DNA of 64,000 nucleotides, taken from an uncultured Arcobacter sp. (GTDB lineage: Bacteria > Campylobacterota > Campylobacteria > Campylobacterales > Arcobacteraceae). Of the stretch, positions 25,975 to 39,100 are shown piece by piece. Position 1 is the first letter of the stretch. Every line of letters starts with the position of its first letter. Location: contig OZ223302.1 in assembly GCA_965140705.1 (NCBI GenBank), positions 64,001-128,000 of the forward strand. Reading direction: 5' to 3'. The position numbers and the translations under genes are program-made. A model generated the notes under the pieces. That model saw nothing but the letters and a program-made list of their open reading frames with translations, searched no databases and was not told the DNA's origin.

Positions 25975-28214
25975 TCAATCGACTTCCTCCATCTTATTCT
26001 AAGCTTCCTCACTTTCTTTAGGTTGATCTTCCTTCTATAGATAATATTAAAGAATAATAAAAAAGTTACAATAAGTTCTGGCATTTCCTCATCAATCTTA
26101 TCATCCTCAATGCTCAATCCTAATTTAATCATTCTATGAATTCTATTAGCGAATTGACTGGAATCATCCAAGGAGAATCCAGAAGTCAATAGAGAAGTAT
26201 CAAACAACAACCAGATAAGATCCTTAACAGTCTTATCAGTTTTATCAGCATCGCTCTTTTTCTTCAATTCAACGACAATGGAGTGATTAGGGTTAATTTC
26301 CATAGTCTTCTTGGAGATCATATAAGTAGACATGGATGCATCCCTTAAGGCCTATGCCTTCATAATTCTTTCCATATTGGCTGACCAACCGTATTCTCCA
26401 GTGACTAAGACACAAGGGGATTCGGAGATTCTTTATCCGACAACAACCTTTTCAACCTTGTCTCCAAGGACTTCCTTGATCAATTTGCATAAGGGCTCAA
26501 AGGCTGTCTTGAGTTCTTCGAATTTCTTCTTAGCTTCTTCTTCTTCCTCAAGATCAAGTCCCTCCTTAGTGCAGTTCTTTAGTTTCTTTCCATCGAATTC
26601 CTTGAGTTATTGAATGACATATTCATCAATTGGGTCAACCATGAAAAGCACTTCATATCCTTTCTTTTTAAGTTGCTCAATGAAGGGAGAGTTCATAACG
26701 GCTTGTTTGCTCTCACCAGTTATGAAGTAGATATCCTTTTGTCCTTCCTTCATTCTTGACACGTAATCCTTCATTGAAGTCAAATCATCACCTGATTTAG
26801 TTGATTGGAATCTAAGGAATTCAGCCAATTTAGCTCTATTAGCTTGATCCTCATGAATTCCAAGCTTCAAATTCTTAGAAAATTGTTCGTAGAATTTCTT
26901 GAAATCCTCAGCATTTTCTTACAACTCAGTAAACATTTCCATGCATTTCTTCACAATATTCTTCTTAATCACCTTCAGGATCTTATTCTATTGCAAGAAT
27001 TCTCTTGAGATATTTAAAGGAAGATCCTCACTATCAACAACTCCCTTGATGAAACCCAAGTATTCAGGGATCAACTCCTCGCAGTTGTCCATAATAAACA
27101 CTCTTCTCACGTACAATTTTATGTTATTCTTCTTCTTCTTTGTTTCAAATAAATCAAATGGAGCACGCTTAGGCACATACAGAATTGACTTGAATTCCAG
27201 TTGTCCTTCAACTGAGAACTACTTCACAACTAAATGGTCCTCCCAATCGTTAGTCAAGCTCTTGTAGAAGCTAGAGTACTCTTCCTTGGTGATTGTGTCT
27301 GTCTTCCTCATCCAGATTGGCTTGGTCTTGTTCACTTATTCTAGTTCATGAGAGACCTCCTTGACCTTTTTAGTCTTCTTTTTCTTTTCTTCCTTTTCTT
27401 CAGTGATTTCAACATCATCTTTCTTTTCTCCCTCCTCACCTTCCTTCTTCTCTGCCTCTTCCTCCTTCTTCTCTTCCTCGCCTTCCTTCTTCTCTGGCTC
27501 TTCGCCCTCCTTCTTTTCTGCCTCAGGTTCAGCCTCATCATCTTCGATTTCCTTTTCAGTTGTTTTCTCAACCATCAAATTGATTTCAAAACTAATAAAC
27601 TCACTATGCTTTTTAATCAACTCCTTGATCCTCTTTTCCTCTAAGAATTCAAGATTGTCCTATTTCATGTACAACTGAATAATGGATCCCCTCTTCAATC
27701 CATAATCTTCATTGTCCTTAACAACAGTGAAAGTGCCACCAGCAGTACTCTCCCATTTCCATTGCTCCTCTGGGTTTTCCATGCTCTTTGAAATGACAAC
27801 AACCTTATCAGCAACGAGATAACTACTATAGAAGCCGACACCGAACTGTCCGATCATAGAAATATCAGCACCACTTTGAAGTGCTTCCATGAAGGCCTTA
27901 GTTCCGGATTTGGCTATTGTTCCTAAGTTGTTGATCAACTCCTATTTGGTCATTCCAATACCAGTATCCTTGATTGTTAACAGATTGTTAGTCCTGTCGG
28001 GGATGATTTCGATCTTGAAATTGGGTTCAAGTTCGTTGATCGATGAATCAGTGATGCTTTTGTAACGGATCTTGTCCAAGGCATCTGAACTGTTCGAGAT
28101 CAATTCTCTTAAGAAGATCTCTTTGTTAGAGTAGAAAGTGTTGATGATCAGTCCCATTAATTGTTGGATATCTGCATTGAATGCAAATTGTTCGGCTGGT
28201 TGTTCGGTTTCCAT
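25975..28214 (-). CDS. HSP90: Cytosolic heat shock protein 90
   Basis: [50 protein letters not shown]...GQFGVGFYS...[10 protein letters not shown]...MKA[TAG]ALRD...; one 35-nt intron at 26035-26069; ends MEEVD-TGA at 25977-25975. Confidence 0.98.
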
Positions 28215-28311
28215 TTGGATTTTTACGTGAAGCGAAAATGATTTGACAAAACTATTTAAATTTTGGTTTTGGATTTTAGATTTCAAATTTTCATATAAGC
28301 TAAAAAAAAAT

Positions 28312-28326
28312 GTTCGGGAATGTTCT
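28312..28326. promoter_or_regulatory. Heat-shock element (three alternating nGAAn units)
   Basis: gTTCggGAAtgTTCt about 100 bp upstream of the Hsp90 ATG; matches nTTCnnGAAnnTTCn. Confidence 0.75.
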
Positions 28327-28742
28327 CAGCTTAGCGAATCAATTAGTTTCAATAATTATTTTTTAATTCAGAAAAATCAATCTATTTTATTTATTTTCAA
28401 ATTTTTTATATAAAAATTTAAAAATATTCAAATATTTTATAAATTAAAAAAATAAATTTAATTTAAATTTTTTGACAATATAATTTACAATTATTTTCTT
28501 TTTATGCAAAGCTTTTCTTTAAAATTAGACAATCAAGAATAATAATTTTTTTTAATAATAAGAATGTGAGAATGTAAAAACAAATAATATTTTTTTAAAA
28601 TAAATAAATTTTTTGTAAATTATAAATATTAAACAAATAAATACTATTATTTTTGAAGTTTTAATAAAACAAATTTTACTAAATAGTTATCAGTAAAAGT
28701 AGAAATCAATTTCTACTATATTGCTTTTTGAAAATCATTGCG

Positions 28743-30003
28743 ATGAAGAATACTACATAATTTTGTAAAATAAAAGGCAAAAAATATTATCTTTAGCAAG
28801 AATCTAACCAATAACAATTACCTAATATCTCAAATTCAAAAACAAATTCAAGATAAATTAAAATTTTAGAAATTCAAGATAAAGAACTACCATAGTTTAT
28901 GAAGAATCCGATAAAATTTTGTAAAATAAAGGACAAAAAATATTATTTTTAGTAAGAATTATACTAATAACAATTGCATAACATCTAAAATTCAAAAAGA
29001 AATTCAAGATAAATTGAAACTTAAGATATTAAAGATAAAGATCTATAACAGCCTTAATATTTTAAATAGCATGACAACTTAAAAATCTCTTCAGGTAATT
29101 TAAAAATAGTTAGAATTTTTCATAGTAAATTAATAGAAAAATTGAAGTCTCAATGATTTATCAGAAAATACTTCAAATGAAAAAGATTATACACCAAAAT
29201 CGGATCAAACTGCAATAAATTAGGAAAATAAAAAACAATAATAAAATACGAAACAAAATCCATAATTATCTAGTTTTGCAAGATTACATGAAAAAAATGA
29301 ATTCATTTAAAATTAAAAAAAGACTAATAATGTTGCAGTTGAAAATTTAGAGAGTAACCAATTATAAGAATAAGAAAAACTAAATTAGCCATAATCATAA
29401 ATAAATAATTAAACTCCAGAAAAAAATGAAAACTATGAGAAACTAATATCCCATTGTGAAAATTAAAAAATTTAAATATCAGAACTCAAACTGAAAATAA
29501 AAAAATATTAAGTAGCTTTAGAACATGCTTAAAATGAAGAAAAAAATAATTAAAATTATTTAGTTCCACACTTTTCTTTAAAAAAACAATATTAATAATA
29601 GTCTCCAGACTCAAAAAGTATAATAACACGAGAAAAGATTTAATTAGATTAACGATCAACTTCAGCTTCTAATAACTAATTAATAGCTGAAGAATAAAAA
29701 ATACCTTCGTAAAAAAAATTTAGAGTTTAGCTTAATAATAAAAAATAACTATAAACCATCATAATTAATGAAGATAAATAAAGAAAAAATTCAAAGCACA
29801 AAAAGAAAAAGATAAATTTAATTATTCAAGATAGAGGCTCGAGAACAAAATTTCCTTAAATATCGCCAAACTATTCTAACAATAAGAAAGAAGAAAAATA
29901 ATTTATTTTTGAGGAAGAAAATAATTAGAAAACAAAAAGAGAGAAATATTTAAAATAAGTTCAAAAGTATGGTTAAGCTGCAAAATTATTTTAGTAAGAT
30001 TGA
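28743..30003 (+). CDS. Hypothetical protein with a duplicated 52-aa N-terminal unit
   Basis: MKNTTQFCKIKGKKYYLQQE... at 28743 and MKNPIKFCKIKDKKYYFQQE... at 28899; Q/K/N-rich remainder; probable stop TGA 30001-30003. Confidence 0.5.
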
Positions 30004-30197
30004 TTTCTATTTCAAATCCAGAAAATTGATAAAAAAATTTGTGTTTTATTCTTCAGATTATTATTAAAAGACTTTTTTTCTAACTAAATGTCCTTAATAC
30101 ATACAATTAATTATCAATTATTAAATTTAAATTAAACTTTGAAATATTTCAATTAATAAAAATAAAAATTTAAATTATAAATATTTAAATATTTGCA

Positions 30198-33100
30198 ATG
30201 AATTATTAATAAAAGGAAAAACTCAAAATAAAGGATCTAAGCAATTTGATAAAATAAGTAGCAAAAACCAATGATGCAATTCTTGGTCAAATCTAGGATA
30301 CATCTCCAAACATCAAAGCCTTTCCTTAATAATAACAATAATAAGTATCAAAAATTTAAATGGCATAATAAAATTTAAAATCTGCATTTGAACCTCAATC
30401 CTTTTAAAAATTTAGTGAAACGATAGTTAATTAAATAATTTTTTTTAATAAAAATACAAAAATTAGGATAAATTTCAATAGTCCTATCCAAGCTCAGAAT
30501 TGAGAACTCCTGTAATGACTGATTCTGAGAAAGGAAAATCTCCAGCAATTGAAACAAAATAATAATTTTAAAAAAATACTTAATGAAAGTAATAATAAGA
30601 ATAAATTTAATACTTAAAATAACCAAAATCTCTCTTAAGTATATTATTTATTTATTTCAAACATTTATTAATAAATAGTGAATTTTTTTGAAAAAGAGCC
30701 TAATTTAAAATAGTAATCAGCTTAAACATTTTAAAATGCTTCATATAATGAACTATCTTAATCAAATTCAAAATAGCAATAAATTATTGAAAAATAAAAT
30801 GAATAACTAACAAAACTAACAAAGAATTATGTATATTTAATAAATATTTAATTATTTTTTTTAAAGTAAATTCTTGAAATTTAACATAAATCACTTTTAT
30901 ATGAATATAATCAAACTTATAAAGAATTGCAAGAAGCTACAGAGAGAGAAATTGAATATAAACGCCATTTAAATTAATTGCTTGAACTTATTAATGAATA
31001 AGAATCCGCATTGAACTAATATTAACGAATTAATCTGACAAAATAATAGTAGTAGCTTTTAAATTAAGGGCAATAAGAAGATAATGTAAAAAAAGAAGAA
31101 AATAATGAACGCTTAGTTGAGTATGCTATGTTTTTGGAAAAAAATTAAAGTAATTTATAAGAAGAGTTAGAAAAAGAAAAAAAGAAAAATAATTAATTAA
31201 TTAATTAGATTAAATAAAAAAATTAAAATAATTTATAAGAAGAGTTAGAAAAAGAAAAAAAGAAAAATAATTAATTAATTAATTAGATCAAAAAATAATC
31301 ATAATAATAATAGGAATAGCCTTCTAAATAAAACAGCTAAAAAGTTTAAATTTGTTATAAATACTTAATTTAATTAGAAAAATGTTGAAGGACATTGTGC
31401 AAGAGATATTAATTCATTATTGCAAAAAATTAATCAGAAAATTTAAGTGATTGATGATAAAAAAATATTATTAGATAAATCATTAAATTAGCTTTTAAAT
31501 TCTTATTAAGATTCTTAGCAAATAAAAATAATTTTAAAAAAAATTGATGATGAAAGATCATTGCATTTAAAAAATATATAAAGTAAAATTTATAGAATTT
31601 TTATAAAATTTTGTAAAAGCTTTGATCATTCAACTCAATAAAAATGATTTATTAAAATTCTAAGATAAATACTTAATGTAAAAAACTAATTTCAAAAAAG
31701 CTTTAGGAGAAAAAGAAAAACTATAAGGTTTAAAAACTAATTTACAAGTTACAATTTTTTTTTTTCAAAAGAAACTCTTGCAGCTTAAAAACTTTAGTTA
31801 GATTCTAATAAAAATGAATTAGTGAATCTTGAAGAAAAAATAAAAGATTTCGAGGAAGAAATCAAGCTTAATACTTAACAACACGAAAGCATTACGAAAA
31901 ATCTTTAAAATAAAATCTAGCTTCAAGAAAAAAAGATCCAGAGTTTATCAAAAAAATTGATAAATGAAGTCACTGGATTTTAAACTTAATTATCAGAAAA
32001 AAATGCTGAAGTTTAATTTTATATCAGTTAAATCGATGTAACAAAAAAAAAAACAATATAATTAAATTCCATTAATTATATTATTTTATAAAGAAAATAT
32101 AAAGTGAATCTTATTTCGTCCTCCCATAAGAAGCTTAATTTACACCTGAAATATCATTAATCTGCTTATAAGAGATTGTGCAAATATTATCCTAAAAAAA
32201 AACAAGTTCAGCGATTGATGGTCTTGCAGCTTATTAATTGATAACATAAATAATAAATATATTAAAGCATGGAATAGATTAAAATGCTTCAATAGAATTT
32301 GGAACTTATTAATAATTTGGAGAATCTTAAATAGAATCGCCAGAAAAAGTAGAGAAAAAGAAAGAAGATGAAGCTTGGAAGAAAGAAATTGAATAGATAA
32401 AATTATAGAATGTTTAGTTAGCTGATTAGATTTTAAATAAAAATAATAAGATTGATAATATGGAATAAAAAATTAGTAAACTTTAAGAACAATTATCTTA
32501 TTAAAATGAATAGTCAGAATAAAATCTTACATCAAAAGAAGATTTTGCAAATTCAAATTATGAATTATTAAATGAAATTAATTAAAAAAATAATTTAATT
32601 TAAGAATTATAATAAGAAGTAATTCAATGTTAGACATAATTTGCAATAATTTAAAAAGAAAAATTTAAAGTTGATGAAGAATTAGTCACAATATAAGAAT
32701 AAAGTGAATAAAATTTTAACTAAGCTAAATAAGAATTTATTAAGCTTAAAGCATAAAGAGATAAAATATTGCAAGTAGTACTAAATTAAAAATAATAATT
32801 TCACAATTAATTTTAATGTTGTAAAGATTTATTTACAAAATTCTCATCAATCTATAATTAATAGTATAATAATTTAAAGAATGAATAAATTGCTTTTTAA
32901 AAAGAAATTTAACAATGTTATTCAATTAATAATGAAAGCCCCGTTAATAATTGTTAAGGGCAATTAGACGATATTTAATAAATTATTTTAAATTTGCGTG
33001 AACAAATTAGCTAAATAAAAAGTAAATACAATTTATTTAAGGAAATTTGTTAAAAATTAAATTAGTAAAAAAACAATTTCAAAAGTAAAATTTTATAATA

Positions 33101-36100
33101 ATAATTTCGGCTAAAGAATTCTTTAGTAAATTAAGAAAAATTTATTTAACTATAACAATTACATCAACTATAAGATAAAGAATTTAAAAAATGTTAAGAA
33201 AAGAATGAATCATTAATTGAAAATAATAAAATAATTTAAGAAATTAATATTTAATAAACTTAAACTATTAAATAACTTTCTCTAAGCAATGAAGAATTTT
33301 TTTAAAAAATTAAATAACTCTAAGCAGAATTAAAAAAAAAAACTGATTAAATAATTATACTAGAAAAAAAAAATGTTATAATCGATACAAAACTTAAATC
33401 TTTAAATAATAATCTTTAGTAATAATTTGAAACTAATATTTTTAATTAAATGGAATTAAAAAAAAATATAGTTAGCAATGATGATATTGATCAAGAATTA
33501 AAGCAAATAAATTCTGAATTCAAAAAAATGTAAAATAAAGCTCTTAAATTAGAAGAAATAAATAACAACTAGTAAAATTTGTTTTAAGGTGTTAAATAAG
33601 AACATTTTTTACTTGAGCAAAAAATAAAAGATTTTTCATAATTAAATGAAATAAGCATAAAAAAATTTTAAATATTAAATTAAAATAATTTAAATTTAGA
33701 AAAAAAACATCAAATTTAATCCTAAGAACTAAGAAAAAAATAAATTGAAAATTAACTTTTAATATCAGAAAAAGAAAATAATTTAAATTAAATCAATAAA
33801 TTAAATGATAAAATAAGTCATTAAGCAAAAATTCTTGAATATTTAAAAAAAGAAAATAATTTAATAAAAAAAAGAAATGAAATGAATAATAAATAAAAAT
33901 AATTAGAAAATAATCATTTATTTGATCAACTTTAAAAAGCTGAGCAAATAAATATTAATTTTAAATTAAAAATTATTAAGAATGTTGAATCTTTGAGTTA
34001 AATTATTACCTTACTTTAAGATCAAATTATAATTAGTTAATAAGATAATTTTCAAATTGCATAAAAAATTCTTAAATATCATAAATTTTTAGACTAAATA
34101 AAAGTATCGAATATTTAGTAAAAATAAGTTTTTTTACATTAAAATACAAAATTAAAGAAAAAGAATAAATTTTTAGTGGAATTAAGGAGAGATTATTAAA
34201 ATTAAAGAATATCATTAATATATTAGTAAACAATTAATTTATAACAAAATATTGATAAAAGCTCAATAAAAACATAAAATTTAGAATAATCATTCATTCA
34301 AATTAATTAATAGACTTTTCTGTAAGAAAACTTTTAAAAATTATCTGAAACTTAAAAATAAATGCAAAACAAATTTTTAGAATAATCAAAAAGTCATACA
34401 TCCTATTTAAAAACTAAATATGATAACTATAAAAAATAATTAGTGAAATAAATCTTATATATTCAAAACTTGGAAAGAAAATAAAAGGAAGAAGTTTAAA
34501 TTATTCAATAATTAGAAAAGCAAATAAATAAAATAAAAGCTCAATAAGTCACTGAATAAAAAGAATTTAAAATTTAGCACTAAAGTTTGACTTAATAGAG
34601 AAATGAAGAACAAAATAAAAGCAATAATTTAGAAATTGAGAAGCAATAACTGTAAGATAAAATGAATTAGCTTAAGAGTGCTTTAGAAAAAGTTAATTCT
34701 GAATTATAGTCAACATAAATGTGCAGAAGTTAAGATGACATATAAATTAAAAATACAATAATAAATTTTTAAGAAAATATTGAAATTTTGACTAAAAAAG
34801 TAACAGATTTAGAAAAAGAAAAGGAATTATAAAAATAATAAATTGAATAATAAGAAAACATAATTAAAAATACTGATAAATAACTGAGGTAATTAAAAAT
34901 AGAAAAAGTAGAATTAGAATATAAAATAGAATAAACCAAAACAATAGAAAATTGTTTATCTATTTAAAATTAAAAATAAAAAGATATGGAAAATAAATTT
35001 GAATTGAAAGAAGAAAAAATGAAAAATTATGAGAAGTAATGATTAATTATGAATGACAATAAATAAAATTTGTAAAATTTAATTGCAGAATTCTAAAAAA
35101 AATAAGATTTCTTACAAAATGAAGTTTAAAAGTAATAAAAAGAAATTTTCGAATTACAATTACAAGTTAGATCAGTTAAAAATGAAATAAGTCAGCAATT
35201 TTAGACTTTAAAAGAAGAAAACTCCAAAAAATATTTAATGATTGCTAAGTAATAATAAATACTTTCAAAAGATTATTCAATTTTATTGACAAATTTTTAG
35301 AAAGTTAAAACAGAAAAAAACTAATTATAATGAAAAAATTATAATTATTTAAAATAAATTGAATAACTAAATTATGAAAAAAAGTTATTAGTAAATTAAT
35401 TTCTAGAATCTTCAGTAAAAACAATGAATTTTTAAGAGACAAATATTAATACTATTAAAAATTTAAGATAAATTAATCTATTTTCTTCTAATTAATAATC
35501 CAAAGCATTAGAAGATATTATATTTGATAGATAAAAGCTTTAAAATATTTTAAAATAATTTTCATCTTTAAAAGCTCTTCATAATTAATAATAAAAAACT
35601 TTAATCAATTAAGTTAAATAATAGTTAAAATAAAAAAATATGTATTTGAATTAATTAAGAAGAAAATATGTTAACAGTAAAGTATAGTTTGATGCTTTAT
35701 TATTGAATAATAAAAATTTATAAAAAGTAGGAAGTGATTCTTCTTAAATAAATATTTAATTATAAAACTAAATCATTGAAATAAATTAAAAAAATAATAA
35801 AGAAAAAGAAGAATTTACCAAAATAAAAGAGCTATTTTTGTAAGAGAAAGATTAATCAAAATAATATATTGCTAATTATTAAAAACGTAATTAAGAGCTT
35901 AATCAATAATTAACAAGCTTGCAGAATGAAAAAAACAGTATTGAAAATGAGAATAGATAATTAGGAGATAGCAATATTGAAATTAAAGAAGAATTATAAA
36001 AAATTAAAATGTAGTTTAGCTAGTAATAAAATTAAAGCAATGAAGATAAATAATAATATCAAATTTAAGTAAATTCAAATTAATAAGAAATTTAAAGCTT

Positions 36101-39100
36101 AAAATAAAAATTATTATAATCTGAAGAAGAAATACTTTAATTTACTAATAAACTTAAATTTTCAAATGAAAAAAATAATACTATTCGCAAATATTATGAA
36201 ATTATAATACAATTAAATTAAGAAAAATTTGATCTTAATAATTTATACCAATAATTACAAAATAAGGTATCTTGTTTAAAAACATAAAAAGATTATGATT
36301 TACAAAATATTTTGACTAATGTTTAAGCTTTTAATCAAAAAAATCTTTCCCTTTCTGATTAAATCCAAAATATTAATGAAAACAATGTTTTAATTAAAAA
36401 ATAAATTAGTTAATTTTACAAAATCTCAGAAAATATTAAATAAAATCAAAAAAATTTCAATAATCAATTAAATTAATTAAGAATAAATGATTAAACTAAT
36501 AAAAGACAAATGAAAGTATAGTTAGGTTTAATTACAACCTTATAAAAAACAGAAAATAATTCTTCAGAAATAAATGTTAAATTATCAAAGCAACTAATGG
36601 AATTTCAAAATAAATATGATATAGAAAAGTAATTATTTGATAAAAAATTAAACGAATTAAATAGTCAAATTGATTAATATTAAATTTGCAATAAAGAATT
36701 GAATTAACAACTAATAAATTAATAAAATGAAATAAAAAATCAAGAAATATAGAAATAATAATTGTTTGGTTAAGTAAATGAGTTTTAATTAAATTTTCAA
36801 AATTAAGAATAAAATCATAAATTATTAACAACTGAAAATTAAGAATTATTAAATTTAATTAATGAATATAAATTAGAAGCAAATTTAAACAAAGAATAAT
36901 AACTTTTAAGTTAAAAAAAATGGCTTTAAGAATTAAAAAGTAAAGAGGAAGAAATATAAACTTTTAATAAAGAAATTATTGAATTTAAAAATCAAGAAAA
37001 AGAAATAAAAAATTATATAAATTAACTTCAAATAACTACAGAGAATTTATCAGAAAAAATAAAATCAGTTTAATAAGAAAACTTTTAATTAAAATCTGAA
37101 ATTCAATTAACAAAAGAATAATTAATTTAAAAATTTAATGTGCAAAAAGAAGAAAACTCTATTAAATATCTATAAATAGTTAATCATTCAAAAATCTTAA
37201 AACAAGATAAGTTAAATTGTTAGGATAAAATTTCCAATTTTATTAATGAAAGCTAAATTTTAAAATAAAATAATGAGCATTTAAAATTTAAACTCAGTAA
37301 TTCTTTGGAAGAAATTGAAAAAATGTGTTTATAAAAACAATTTTATACTTAAAAAGTCAGGGAATTTATAGACTACTATAATTTAAAGGCAATAAAATAA
37401 ATTAGTATTTAGCAAGTGAAATCTCTTGAAAGTAGTAAGCAAAATAATGTTTTGATTGACAAAAAATATTAAATGATTTCTTAAGTGTTTACAGAAATTA
37501 TAAAATAGCATACAATGTCTTAATAAGTTTTAATAAATAATGTGAAAAAACAAAATAAATAAAAAACAAATTATTTAAATAGATTAAGAAGAGAAAATAC
37601 AAATAAAAAACTAGAGATTGAAAAGTTGCTTAAATTCATTGAAACTTTATAGCAAAAAGGAAATTACTCTTCTGAAACGAATCATTAATTATAAAATTAA
37701 ATAATGGAATTGCAAAGAAAATATGAAACAGAAAAATAAATTTCAATTGAAAAATTAGAAGATTTGAAAGATCAACTTAATTAATATTAAACACTTAGCA
37801 AAGAACTTAATTATTAATTAGAAAATTCATAAAATGAAACTTAAAATCTATAATTAGAGAAAAAATAGCTACTAAATTAAGAAAATGAATTAAAAGAATC
37901 TCTATTGATAACTAATTCAGAATTAACAAAGTTATAAAAGATTAGCAGTGAAAATAATATTTAGCATTAATAGGAAATTAATGATTATGAAACGCAAGTA
38001 AAGAATTTATCAATTAAATTTGGAAAATAAGAAGAAGAAAAGCAAGAACTTTAAAATTAAATTGCATCATTAAATAAGATTGCAAAAGAATAAATAAATA
38101 AAATTTAAAAAACCAACCAATTATTGACAGAATAAACATAAAAGTATAAGCTTTTCAAAACAAAGATTGAATCAAAAATTAGTTAGTTTTGTGAAAAATA
38201 AAATAGTTTGAATAAATAAATTTATGAAATAAATAATAAAAACCAATAATTATAAAATGGAATAGCATCGATAGCAATCAATTAATTCTAATAAACATCA
38301 AATTCCTTACAATTGTAAAATATAATTAATAATGCAAATTCTTTGAAATAAAAAAATAGAGCATTTTATGATTAACTATTAATAAATAAATAATAAAATT
38401 TGCATTTAGAAGAAACAATTTAATAATTTTAAAATGCTTTTGCATTAGTTAAAAATGAGCATATTTAGTCTTAGTAAATATTATTGAATCAAACAGAAAA
38501 TGTCTATAAATAAAAAAATCAGCATTTAGATTGGCTTAAAAATAAATATACAAAATTATTAATAAGTCATTAAATTCTATAAAAAAATGCAAAAAATTCT
38601 GAATAAATTAGTGAAAAAATTTAAAATGAAAGGCAGTTATTACAAAATAAATATGATGAGGAAAAGGAAGAATTTATAAAAATAAAATAAATATTTTTAG
38701 ATGAATAAGAAGAATAAAAAGATCAAATTGACCACTATTAAAAATTAACTAAAGAATTAAATTTATAATTAACATAATCTCAAGAAGAAGCTATAAAGTT
38801 TGTCAAAGAAAAAAAATTATTTTTGGAAAAATACGATGACATTAATGATCTCTTAGAAAATACAAATTTAGAGTTATAAAGATTATAAAAGTCCAAATAA
38901 GAGAATGAAATTTATTATTAATAATAAATTTCTTAATATTAAGTAGAAATTGATAATTTAAAATAAAAAGACATTGAATAATAAAAACAAAAATAATTAA
39001 ATGAAAATTAAATGTAGTTATTAAATTAGGAATTAACAGAAAAAATTAATCAATAGTAAGTTATCTTGAAAAATTAATAATAAAATAGTAAAGACTTGAA

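Noticed and set aside
26350..27000. TAA and TAG encoding different amino acids (e.g. TAG=Glu, TAA=Lys)
   Set aside because: Both map to conserved Gln in Hsp90 (MKAQALRD, LQQNKIL, QQLKEF), and CAA/TAA and CAG/TAG swaps occur between repeat copies
26332..27678. Plus-strand and alternate-frame ORFs over Hsp90, and plus-strand ORFs over the bacterial operon
   Set aside because: Antisense or frame shadows of real genes; no motifs
16307..28214. Flippase, CK1, histidine kinase and Hsp90 as stop-riddled pseudogenes
   Set aside because: The apparent stops fall in frame at conserved Gln (TAR) and Trp (TGA) positions, motifs are intact, and I found no frameshifts other than introns
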